From Octopus sinensis (taxonomy: Eukaryota), in contig NC_043012.1 of assembly GCF_006345805.1 (NCBI RefSeq), positions 8,184,001 to 8,248,000 of the forward strand: a stretch of 64,000 nucleotides of DNA, read 5' to 3'. Shown piece by piece: positions 52,963 through 64,000 of this stretch (position 1 is the stretch's first letter; each line of letters begins with the position of its first letter). The translations under genes were made by a program, and so were the position numbers. The notes under the pieces were generated by a model that made no database searches, was not told where the DNA came from, and was given only the letters and a program-made list of their open reading frames with translations.

Positions 52963-53760
52963 AGCATATATAGAATCACCAAACAGGGAGAGGCTCTGTG
53001 TGTGTGTGTGTGCGTGTGTGGTTGGTTGGAGAACAGCTGGAATCATAGAGCCCCTAACATCACTAACATCTCCACCACGACCACCACCACAAACATGAAT
53101 ACTATCGCTGACATAACCATCTCCAACCGCTGCAATCAACACTACCACCATCACCATCATCATCACAACTAGTACATTAACGTAAAACTCATGGTGGTGG
53201 TGGTGGAAATGGCTCGTTACTACTTTTCTCCTGCCATAATGCTGTGTACATTACACTGTGTACTCTACACTGTACTGTGTGTACTCTAAACAACCACCAC
53301 CGCCGCTACTGCTGCCAATACCATGCTATGTGTACTTAAACTAGTCAACACACTTTAGTTCTACCACTACCACCACAATCATTAATCACTACTACTACCA
53401 ACACCACCACTAGAATAACTTTAATCCTCACAACCAGCACCACTAACAATACAACTGCCAATACTAACGACAACCTCCACCATCACTACAACCACCACTG
53501 TCACCATTACTACAAAAGCACCAACACTAATAATCATTATTACAAACACTACAACTACAACCGTCGTTAGTACCACCACCACCACCACCATTACTACTAC
53601 CGCTACTACTGTGAGAAATAACCACAAACAATTCAGGGAAGTCAATAAAATATTTGGTGTCAAAAGTTTAGGATGAAATGTCAAAGCAAAATGGTTGTCG
53701 GAATGTCTTGGTTGAGATTGTTGTGACAGATTCACACTGTTTTGTGTGTGTGAGAGAGAT

Positions 53761-53819
<59 letters not shown>

Positions 53820-56399
53820 GGGAGATCATCATCCAACATCCGTTTTTCATACTGGCATGGGTTGCCAAGGTCTGCAGCAGGCTTCATTAACTGTTCTGGC
53901 ATGATTTCTATGGTTGGATGCTCTTCCTAATGCCAATCATTTTACAGAGTGTACTGGATGCCTTTCATGCGACACCAACATTGGTACCTTCAAGATGGCA
54001 CCAGCACTAGTGCTTTTTTAAATAGCACAAGCACTGGTGGTTTGTAAGCAGCACCAGCACCAACAGGGTCACCAGATAACTTGCAAGGCAAAAACCCCTT
54101 TGCTTTTCTATGTTTACCTATTCCTCTCTCACTCATCAATGTGTGTGTGTGAGTGCATGCTTCCGTATGTGTGCATGTGATTAAAAAGTTTGCTTTCCAA
54201 CCCCAAGGGAAATGAGGTTCTTAACCAATCCCAAGAGCATGGCACCTTGGACAAGCATCTTCTTACAACAGCCGGAGAGTAGGGAAAACCAAAGCCATGC
54301 AAGAGGATTTGATAGATGGAAACTGAAAGAAGCTTGTCTTGGGAAAACACTCACTTGTATGCGTGTATGAGTGTGTGTGTCTGTGTGTGCACATGCATGC
54401 ACTGTTGTGCAGACAGTGTTTGATAAAAAACATGTTCAGCCATACAGGTATTTACTTTGCTTGGAAACAGGTGAAGGTTGGTCACAATAAGAATGTCCAG
54501 GTGTAGAAAATGTGTTACAGCAAATCCTATCTGACCCATGCAAGCATGAAAAGGTGTACATTGAAACGATGGTTATACATTCCGATATACTTTTCATGGG
54601 CTCCAGTGGCCATGCTGGGGCACTGCCTTAACGAGTTTAGCTGAGCACATCAACTCTACAACCTAATTTCGGTTTATTTAATCAATCTCTAGTTGTCAAA
54701 CCTCTAAGTTATATAGGGTATATTGGAACACAAACATTATAATGGCTTTAACAACTAGCATAAACACCCAAAAACATACACACACACACACACACATACC
54801 TGCACATACATTTGCTTTTATACACACACACACATTTTTTTATTCTTTATTTGTTTCAGCCATTTGACTGAGAGCATGCTGGAGCACCACCTTTAGTCAA
54901 AGAAATCGACCTCAGAACTTATTCTTTGTAAGCCTAGTACTTATTCTATCAGTCTCTTGCTGAACTGCTAAGTTACAGGAACATAAGCACACCAACATCA
55001 GCTGTCAACTGATGGTGGGGGACAAACAACGGGTTTCTTTCAGTTCCCATCTACCAAATCCACTCACAAGGCCTTGGTTAGGCCCGAGGCTATAGTAGAA
55101 GACACTTGCTCCCCTCTGCAAACACACACACAGTTGTCTCCAACGCCTTCAGTCCTCATCAAAGTCCTGTGGATGCTCCCCACCCTCAGTCCACACACAC
55201 ACACACAGAGCCTCACATTGAAATGGAAGAAATTGTTTTATTATTAATACTGTATTACTGGTAACATCCTACCCTGGTGTATTGCTGGTACTTAAACATT
55301 CCTGGATATGAAGTTAATGCACTTTAGGTAACTTTTTCTCAGATGTTATTTCTGTAACCCTAGGTCAACCCTGATGGCACTTACCTACAGCTATGATCCC
55401 CTTGTTCCTTTTGTGACGCAGAGGGACAACATAATCTGATGAGTCCTTTCTTTTTGTCTTTAAAACAGTAAAATGTTATTTGAAGGATATATGTATCTTT
55501 ACATGTGCCACCATGTAAAAGCACTTGTGCAGTGCACATAAAAGCATCCAGTACACTCCTGTAGTGTTGTTGGTATTAGGAAGAGCATCCAGCTGTAGAA
55601 ACCATACCAAATCAGACTGGAATGTGGTGCAGCAGCCCTCCACCCCACCCGAACTAGCCAGCTCTGGTCACACTGTCCAACCCATGCCAGCATGGACAAT
55701 GGATGTTAAATGATGATGATGATGATGATAGCAGTTTTTGCCTTTTTAATATCCAGACCAGATCCAAAACCTGGATTTTTTTTTTGTTAGGGAGTTCACA
55801 CCAAAAAAAAAAAAAATTAAACCAAAGTCAATTAAAGAAAAGATTAATGATATTTATAGAAGGAAAACCGTTGGGGTGTGCTGGAAGGATGCTTAAGGAC
55901 TGCATGCAGCCCTGGAAGCTGCAGTTGAGAATCACTGGTATAAAGGGTCCGTCATGATAATCCGTCTGTACCTGGACCATCTTACCTTTATTAATGAAAT
56001 ATCTTAAAATGAGAAAGGCACAGACAAAACTATGAGGTTAAGAAGTTTACTTTGTAACCATATGGCTTCAGGTTCAGACCCGCTATGTGATACCTCAGGC
56101 AAGTCTTCTACTATGGCTTCAGGCAGACCAAGGCCTCATGAGTGAATTTGGCAGACAGAAACTAAAAAAAAACCCTCCAGATATATGTGTGTGCCTTTGT
56201 CTTAACGTCCTGTGATGGCTGTAAGTGAATGTCATTCATTTCCAGTATTCAGTGAAAACATCAGACCATGAAGAAATATTACCTTGCTCGGAAACAAGTG
56301 AGAGTCGGTGACAGGAAGGGCATCTGGCCATAGAAAATCTGCCTCAATAAACTCTGTCTTACCCATGCAAGCATGGAAAAGTGGACATGAAAATGGTGC

Positions 56400-56760
56400 A
56401 AGAGTGGCTGTGTGGTAAGAAGCTTGCTTCCCAACCACATAGTTCTGGGTTCAGTCCCACTGCATGGTACCTTGGGCAAGTGTCTTCTACTATTGCCTCA
56501 GGCTGACCAAAGCCTTGTGAATGGATTTGGTAGACAGAAACTGAAAGAAGCCCGTCATATATTTTTGTGTGTGTGTGTGTATTTGTTCCCCACCTGCATC
56601 ACTTAACAACTGATGTCGGTGTGTTTACGTCTCCGTAACGTAGCAGTTCAGCAAAAGAAAGCGATGGAATAAGTACTAGGTTTACAAAGAATAAGTCCTG
56701 GGGTCAATTTGTCCAACTAAAGGTGGTGCTCCGGCATGGCCACAGCCTAAAAGAAATTAA
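56400..56760 (+). mobile_element. SINE family A
   Basis: As above. Confidence 0.8.
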
Positions 56761-59029
56761 AATGATGAATACAACGAGTACCTTAAACGGAGAAAAAGCA
56801 AAAAGCTGTCTGTGGGGTTGTGTGCTTTACAAAAGATGCACGGTTCAAGTCCTACAAGCAGCTTTCTACCTTTCCCCTGATCAAAGGGTTTTTAATAATA
56901 TAATTACCACCCTGTGCTAGCACCACATACAAAGCATTTGTACTGGTACCATGTATAAAGCACCGGTGCAGGCACCACATATAAAGTGCTCAGTACACTC
57001 AGTAAAATGGTTGGCATAAGTAAGGGCAACCAGCTGCAGAAACTATGCCGGAACAGACAACTGGAGCCTGGCACAACTCTCCGGCTTATCGCCTCCAGTC
57101 AAACTGTCCAACCCATGCCAGCATGGAAGATATACCTTAAATAATAATGATGATGATGGCGGAACAATGTTGCATAGAAACCAAACATGGAGGTTCAATG
57201 TTATAAGCACTACATCACAAAGAAGCCATTTAAAAAAAAAATCCATTTATATTTTATGCTAGAATTCTTCATGCGAGCAAAACCATTTATAGTTGAGGCT
57301 GCTATGTTGAGCAAAGCAGGAACTGCTGCTAATTCCCATAGCCATTCCTCAGTTGTAGCTGTAAGGTTGCAGACCCAATTAAGAAATTGTCATTATCAAT
57401 TCCAGATAGCAAGTCTACAAGGAGGGGGACAAGCTATTGAGAAAGAAGAGTGATTAGTTTAGAAAGAGAGTTTTGTGAACTATTGAACATTGTAAAGAAA
57501 GGTCTGGCAGATGAGAGGAGAACTTTTGATAGAAATCAGGAGAGGTTAGAATCAAAGAAATTCTATCAACATAGATTCAAGAACTCACAAGAATTCTTCA
57601 TCATAACAAGATTTATGGATAATGAAAGCATGGCTGAATCAAATATAAATGATGCTCTTTACATTGTTGTAGTTGTTGTTGTTATTTTTATTAAGACAGC
57701 AAGTTGGCAGAATCAGCTTTATGTTCTGAGTTCAAATTCCGCTAAGACTGACTTTGCCTTTCATACTTTCGGGGCCAACAAAATAAATACCAGTCAAGCA
57801 CTGGAGTCAATGTAATCGACAAGCTCCCTTGCCCAAAAATTTGAAAACATTATTATTATTATTATTATTAAAATTTTTATTATTATTATTATTATTGTTG
57901 TTATTGAGACAGTTAGCCGGCAGAATCATTAGCAAGTTAGACAAAATGCTTAGCAACATTCCTTCTATCTCTACATTCCGAGTTCAAATTCCACTGAGGT
58001 CGACTTTGCTTTCATCCTTTTGGGGTCAGTGGGACATGGGGGAGAGGGCAATGCAATCAAGTGCAAAAAACTTCAGGCCTGGTGCCTGGAGTAAAAAGAT
58101 TTACCATTACAATTATTAATGGTTTATGTTTGCAACCAAAATTGACTCCTGTTTTTAAGTGGTACTTTGGTATTTTACCAATTCCATAACACTATCTCAA
58201 GCACAAATTAACTGAAAACCTTGGAAAGTGGGTGGTGGTGATAGTGGTGAGGTAATCAAAGGAATGACCTAGAGGTCAATGACAGCACCAGATTGTGATA
58301 GGGAGAACCGACCGGTATTTATGCTGGATGCACGGAATACACTGAAGCTTAGCAGTGTGTCAGATGGATGTTATAGCAATATGGATATCCTCCATGTTAT
58401 CCAAGTACAGTGTTCCTGAAAATCTTGCCATGTAACATGGAAGCCAATGACCCAAAAGTTTCAATATTATGGAAATCCACATTACAGCAAAATATGGAAG
58501 CATAGCTGCAGGCTTTTAAACCAAGGTCAAACCTGTTTAAATGAATCCTTAATTAAAGGTATTCCAACCATAGCAAACCTACTTTGTTAAGGGGTAAATA
58601 GAGTTATAATATCCAATATGTTTTGTCTATATATAATAGTGAGATGTGATGGGAGGGAGACATTGCTGCTATTTCTAGCAAGTCAAGTGATCTACTAGAA
58701 CTAGAAGCTCCATGTAGTGGTCATATCTGGAAAGTAATTCATTTCACAATCACACACACAGATTCATGTACATAAACTAGAGTACATGCAAATACAATAA
58801 AACAACAATAAAATTTTGATTCCATAAATATGGTACCTACTTGATTCCATAAATATGGTACCTACATACATCTAGGTGGACTATGGTCACCACAGTATCT
58901 ATCAAGATGGACTGCATGACTGTATGGTAGTCATACTGTCCATCTTGATAGATAACTACCACATGGTATCTATGAACAGCTACATGGACTGTGCAATCAC
59001 ATGGTATATATATATATATATATATATAT

Positions 59030-59360
59030 ACTCTCTTTTACTTTTTCACTTGTTTCAGTCATTTGACCGTGGCCATGCTGGAGCACTGCCTTTAGTTGAG
59101 CAAATCGACCCCCAGGACTTATTCTTTGTAAGCCTAGTACTTATTCTGTCAGTCTCTTTTGCCGAACTGCTAAGTTACGGGGACGTAAACACACCAGCAT
59201 CGGTTGTCAAGCAATGTTAGGACAAACACAGACACACAAACATACACACACACATGCATATATATATACGACGGGCTTCTTTCAGTTTCCGTCTACCAAA
59301 TCCACTCACAAGGCTTTGGTTGGCCCAAGGCTATAGTAGAAGACACATACCCAAGGTGCC
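59030..59360 (-). mobile_element. SINE family A, head missing
   Basis: Ends at ccaaggtgcc, where the hammerhead-like element begins. Confidence 0.8.
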
Positions 59361-59380
59361 AAGGTGTAAAACAATGTAAT

Positions 59381-59431
59381 CTTCTCTTCAGGGAATAATA
59401 TCAGTGATATCTTCGAAACATGTGTCAGAAG
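59381..59431 (+). ncRNA. Hammerhead-shaped motif with degenerate core
   Basis: Stem I CTTCT/AGAAG; stem II GAA..ATATC/GATAT..TTC; GAAAC-ATGT-GTC. The CUGANGA position reads CTTCAGG. Lies just upstream of (TA)n at ~59465. Confidence 0.35.
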
Positions 59432-59461
59432 TAAAAGAATTTGAATTACACCTGCATTAAA

Positions 59462-59502
<41 letters not shown>

Positions 59503-59536
59503 AGAATAAGAAATAAAAAGTCCATGGTACAGTATT

Positions 59537-59696
59537 ATATATTTGAAAAAAATTAATAGAAATGGCTTTTTGATCATTTTTCCACTTTAATAATTAGATG
59601 TTTTATAAGTTATTAGATGTGTAACTTATAAACATCTAATCATTAAGGAGGGAAAAGTTATCAGAAAAGCTTTTTCTATTCATTTTTTTAAATATA
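59537..59696. repeat. Long imperfect inverted repeat (~75-bp arms, 9-nt spacer)
   Basis: ATTAGATGTTT(T)ATAAGTTA / TAACTTATAAACATCTAAT core, extending outward with mismatches. Confidence 0.85.
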
Positions 59697-60475
59697 CATA
59701 CACACACACATATATATATCCGACTCGTGGCCGATGCCAGCACCGCCTCGACTGGCTTCCGTGCCGGTGGCACATAAAATACACCAATCCGACCTTGGCC
59801 GTTGCCAGCCTCGCCTGGCACCTGTGCAGGTGGCACGTAAAAAGCACCCACTACACTCACGGAGTGGTTGGCATTAGGAAGGGCATCCAGCTGTAGAAAC
59901 ATTGCCAGATAAGACTGGAGCCTGGTGCAGCCTTCTGGCTTCCCAGATCCCCGGTCGAACCGTCCAACCCATGCTAGCATGGAGAACAGACGTTAAACGA
60001 TGATGATGATGATATATATCACAAGGTGGTACTCCAGCATTGCCACAGTCCAATGACTGAAACAAATAAAAGAATAAGTATATGAAGCTGGCCTGTACTT
60101 ACAACATCAAGGTGGATTATACCACCACATGGCATGTATAAACAGCCAGGTAGTCTGTATCACCACAGGTGATTACAACCAGGTGATCACCAGGGACAGA
60201 ATGATATAATACAGTAACATAGGAGATGTGAACCAATGATCTCTTGGTGTGTAGACCAATAATTTAACAACTTGCTGCTATTGGGTTGATTTTTATACTG
60301 AACATTAGGTGAGAGAACACAGAAGAAGTGGTCTGAACAAAGGTAACAGGAGGGAGTGGATGCAACTAGTTTATTTTATTAAGAATTATAATTCTTGTTT
60401 ACTAAGACTGGTGTAGTAATTCACACACACACACATTCCTGAGAGGCCAGAAAAAGCACTTCAAAGACACCTTAA

Positions 60476-60628
60476 CTCTTTAGCATTCGGATTTCTCTGT
60501 TTATTTATTTGCGTTGATTTGAATTAGTCATGCATTACCTTGTAGGTTTGAAGTTTCAATGACGTGATTGAGTGATATTGTAGGGTAAGTGTGTGAGGCC
60601 AGATCTGGCTGATTTAAATGCTAAACGG
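60476..60628 (-). mobile_element. piggyBac-type MITE family 1, internally deleted
   Basis: TTAA flanks at 60472-75 and 60629-32. Confidence 0.7.
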
Positions 60629-60689
60629 TTAAAAGCTTCTCTAAGGGCCTTTAGCATCAGCCAGGTCACATGAAAGGAGATAGGTCAGA

Positions 60690-60950
60690 AGAGAAGCAGG
60701 TGATAATCAGCTGTCCACAAGGACATGCAAACCTGTAAAAAAAATGCTGCAACTGAGCAATGCAGGCCAGACAGAAAAACCAGCACCATCAAGTCTCCAA
60801 CCACCAGCACCATTCTCTGTTCACACTGCCAGAGAGCTTCAGGGTATGGCTTCACCTGATAAGTCAGCAATGCTCCCACAAAGCTAAACCCCAATCCCAA
60901 CTCCAGGATGACTAGAGTATCCTCATTGCTCCAACAGATAAATACCACAT
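60690..60950 (+). pseudogene. RTE (BovB-like) LINE 3' fragment
   Basis: ILCSHCQR / FRVWLHLIS with a frameshift. Confidence 0.65.
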
Positions 60951-61099
60951 TCTGTATGTAAGGTTGTGGGTAAGATCTGTCAGAATATCTCTCTCTTGCC
61001 TCAGTAAGGGACAGATGATGGATATCTGGCAGATGGCCTATGGATAGGGAACAGACTGTAGATGGGCAATAGACAGGTCATGGGTCATGAACCGACAAA

Positions 61100-61410
61100 G
61101 AAGAGATGGACAACAAACTCTTGATGAATGAGGAACTGTGGATGACACCTGGGAAATGCAAGCACAAAGCTACCCTGTTCGACAAAACTGCACCAACAAA
61201 GGTGCGACCTCCTACAAACAGGACTACGCAAATCCAGAGTCAACTCATTGTCTTCAGTCACAACAGACCACTAGTGCCCGACCTGCAGCAGAGCCTTCTG
61301 AGCACACATTGGACTGACTGGCCACAGCTGGACACACCAAGCCCCGTCTTCTCCCATGTAATATCCTTGGTCACCACTGATAACAATGGACTAACTAATA
61401 ATTATAATGG
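61100..61410 (+). pseudogene. RTE (BovB-like) LINE 3' fragment
   Basis: KSRVNSLSSVTTDH*CPTCSRAF*AHIGLTGHSWTH, a C-terminal C2H2 motif with stops. Confidence 0.75.
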
Positions 61411-61439
61411 ATGAACAATGGACCAGTGATGTGTTGCTT

Positions 61440-61970
61440 ATCATTCTGATCAAATCCATCATCCTCGTCACCATTTAAAGTCCATTTTCCATGTTGGCAT
61501 GGGCTGGACAGTTTGACAGGAGCTGACCAGCTGAAGAGCTGCCCAGGTTCCATTTCTGCTTTGGCATGGTTTCTGTGGCTGGATGCCCTTCCTAATGCCA
61601 ACCACTTCACAGGGTGTACTGGGAGCTTTTACGCAGCACCAGCATAGTTGCTTTTATGTGGCGCAGACATGGGTGCTTTTTATTATGACACCAGCACCCA
61701 CAAGCCCACAAAATTAGGATCACTCAGCTGTAGAGGGAGTAGGGGACATGCCTGTATGTAAAGACAACCACAATTTTACTTGGCTTCACGTGGCTTCTCA
61801 AGCACAGCAAACTGCCACAAGTCTCGGTCCTTTGTCATCCCCTTTTTGAGGCCCAACATCTTAAGATCTTTTCTCACCACTTCGTCCCATATCTTCTGGA
61901 GTCTATTCCTTCCACACGTTCCCTCCACAATTAGAGACTGGAACTTTTTGATGCAGCAGTCCTAAGGGGT
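61440..61970 (-). mobile_element. 5'-truncated RTE LINE with ORF2 C-terminus plus 3' UTR
   Basis: The minus frame reads CIKKFQSLIVEGTCGRNRLQKIWDEVVRKDLKMLGLKKGMTKDRDLWQFAVLEK, contiguous with the tail family above. Confidence 0.8.
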
Positions 61971-62454
61971 AGAAAGGGCTCCTTAGCCGTAGTGAAGGCA
62001 ATCTATCGAGGGAGATAACCTTACAATAAATCACTCGGTCCGTAGCTTAGAAATACTGGGTTGACGTCCAGCGGGAACAGCTTTGTTTCATGGAGGAGGA
62101 AAGATCTTCTTCAGTACTTGGTTGTACAATGCTTTCCAATGTGTGTAGTAGTGGCATGTGCACACATTATAAGCCATTTGAAAAGACTATGGAATTTAGT
62201 CTCGACCACGGTCGAACAGTGATGATGATGTGAGTCCTCATCCATACGCATTACATGACCAAAGCAATGTAGTCTTCTCTCCTGGACACTACATTTGATG
62301 CTATAGATATACCCAGCTTGTGTGACATAATATACTCAGTCGTTACCCATTACATAAGAATAACAACCAAAATACATGGAACTAAAGACAAACAAAAGAT
62401 TAAAGGCAAGAAACATAAAAAGACCTCAGGTGGAGGTGACAAAATGGTGGTTAA

Positions 62455-62676
62455 CCCTTTAGCATTTAAACCGGCCATATCCGGCCAAAAGTATTCTTGC
62501 TTGTTTTATGTTCAAACTGGCCATATCTGGTCTCTCACACCAACCCTACAATATCGTTTTAAAAACTAACAGCTACCTCATCAAAATCTCATAGCTCCAA
62601 GATAATGCCTGATTAGTTCAAAACAATGTGGATGAAAAAGCATTAGTTTTGGCAGAATAATGTGAACACTAAAGGG
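62455..62676 (+). mobile_element. piggyBac-type MITE family 1 (222 bp)
   Basis: TTAA|CCCTTTAG...CTAAAGGG|TTAA. Confidence 0.85.
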
Positions 62677-63602
62677 TTAAAGAAAAAGAAAAATCAAGGC
62701 TGATGGAATAGAATGGCATGATCAATTGAGGCCACAAGTTGTTGGGCATTTAACATATAAGATGATGTCCGATTTAGACTGGAACTGGTTCTCCATACAG
62801 CAAATAATGCCCAAAACAAGTTAACTTGGTAAAACACTTGTTTGAAACAACAAAGTAGATTCTTGAACTTCTCGGTATGTATAGCAGTTCGGAACCAATC
62901 ACACACACACACACACACACACACTCAGGTATTTATGACAACAAGAAGTGAAAATATTTACAAACTTTAAAAAAAAAAAGAAGCAGAAAACGGTTTTAAG
63001 ACTCTAGAATAAAAGTTCATGATCACTTTTACGACATCTGTATTGAAACATATGATGATAATAATTATAATAATAATAATGATAATAAACAATAACAACA
63101 AAGGCTAAAAAAAAGTAGCTTGTGTGACAAGACTCCAGTGTTTCATTTTCGAGCCTTATTCTCTTTGTCATAGGCATGTGTTAACATTAGTGTAGGAGAA
63201 GATATATATATATACATGTACTCAAACACACACATGCTAACGTTAGTGTACAAGAAGATATTATATATATATATATATATATAATATATATATACACACA
63301 CACACACATCAGAGGGAACAAAAGATTTTAAAAAATAAAGCACTTGCACTATTAATAGATGCTATTTTAAATCTGACAACATAATTAGCTATCTAATGGC
63401 TGTTAGTATATTACTAAGAGCACTTGAGATACTATGTATAACTCTATGTAACATTGTTTGTAGCAAAACCACTATATTCAAGTAGCTGATGCCACTTGAG
63501 TAACACACTCTCTCGCACACACACCACTCAAATAATATATATTTGAGTATGGGTTTGTAGTATGATATAAAAAAAACAATTAGTAAATGGATAAGTAATT
63601 AC

Positions 63603-64000
63603 CTTTTCGACTTTTATCTTCTTCATAGGTAGTCCAAATCCATCCTCAACTTTGGCATTAAATTCATACGGATCTGGTGTAGGATTTTCCTTTTTAAGAT
63701 GGGGCACATCTCCCCCTCGTGGTTCCAACACTGGATTATAAATGGTAGATGTATCCAACCCATTGCTGATAACAGCAGCTGATGACGACGGGTTATTGTT
63801 TCCATTGGAAACGCAACAGTCAGCACCGGAAGACGGAGCAGGACAGGAAGTAGATGATGACGACGAACAAGGTGTTGACGAAGAAGATGACGACGACAAC
63901 GACGATGATGAAGGTGGTGGTGGTGGTGGTGGTGGCGGTGGACAAGAAATGGATGATGCTGACGACAATGATGATGATGATGCTGTAGATGTGGAATTAG
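63603..64000 (-). CDS. Partial coding exon (open to the window edge) of a probable ZNF608/ZNF609 (scribbler/brakeless)-like nuclear protein
   Basis: The frame is open from 64000 to 63603: NSTSTASSSSLSSASSISCPPPPPPPPPPSSSS...LEPRGGDVPHLKKENPTPDPYEFNAKVEDGFGLPMKKIKVEK, followed by a phase-0 donor AAG|GTAATT at 63602. From memory, human ZNF608 (IKKLKTEK|) and ZNF609 (LKKVKSEK|) end their large first coding exon at a similar motif, in phase 0, before a very long intron. Exon status is well supported; orthology is inference and needs BLAST. Confidence 0.7.

Larger units (their letters stand above)
1..63602 (-). other. Very long intron (>63 kb) downstream of the exon, probably continuing past the left edge
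   Basis: GT donor at 63602-63601. I did not find the expected next conserved exon ([21 protein letters not shown]-like) or any other convincing coding exon by eye. Confidence 0.6.

Noticed and set aside
55420-55470. CTGATGAGTCC near an upstream GGAC
   Set aside because: No GAAA or stem III/stem I partner in register.
447-63349. Most ORFs in the supplied track (poly-YI, HT, CV, LS and SINE-derived frames)
   Set aside because: They are translations of microsatellites or repeats, with no protein-family signal or splice context.
1-64000. CRISPR arrays, rRNA, viral or prokaryotic systems
   Set aside because: No repeat-spacer arrays or long intact ORFs were seen; the sequence is eukaryotic intronic DNA.

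Overview
This is AT-rich, microsatellite- and SINE-dense eukaryotic DNA. The repeat families look like octopus (coleoid cephalopod); that is inferred from their appearance. Only one credible coding exon is visible: a minus-strand exon running off the right edge (63603->64000), ending ...DPYEFNAKVEDGFGLPMKKIKVEK|GT in phase 0. It resembles the large first coding exon of ZNF608/ZNF609 (scribbler), so the other ~63.6 kb is probably one giant intron. Nearly all other ORFs in the track are microsatellite or repeat artefacts. The intron holds several tRNA-derived SINE families, RTE and other LINE fragments, two TTAA (piggyBac-type) MITE families, a hAT MITE and a non-autonomous Helitron. The most interesting signal is a set of short (100-240 bp) elements sitting in or next to (TA)n tracts, each with a hammerhead-ribozyme-like core. 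One family (tandem at 18.36-18.83 kb, third copy at 38.07-38.21 kb) has the three hammerhead strands in a non-circularly permuted order. Its third copy is 5'-truncated 2 nt from the predicted cleavage site. Every copy that keeps a cleavage site is antisense to the host gene. Other leads are a ~160-bp direct repeat flanking a SINE, a candidate recursive splice site, a telomere-repeat-bearing element and a long foldback. All RNA structures were derived by eye and none has been computed or tested.
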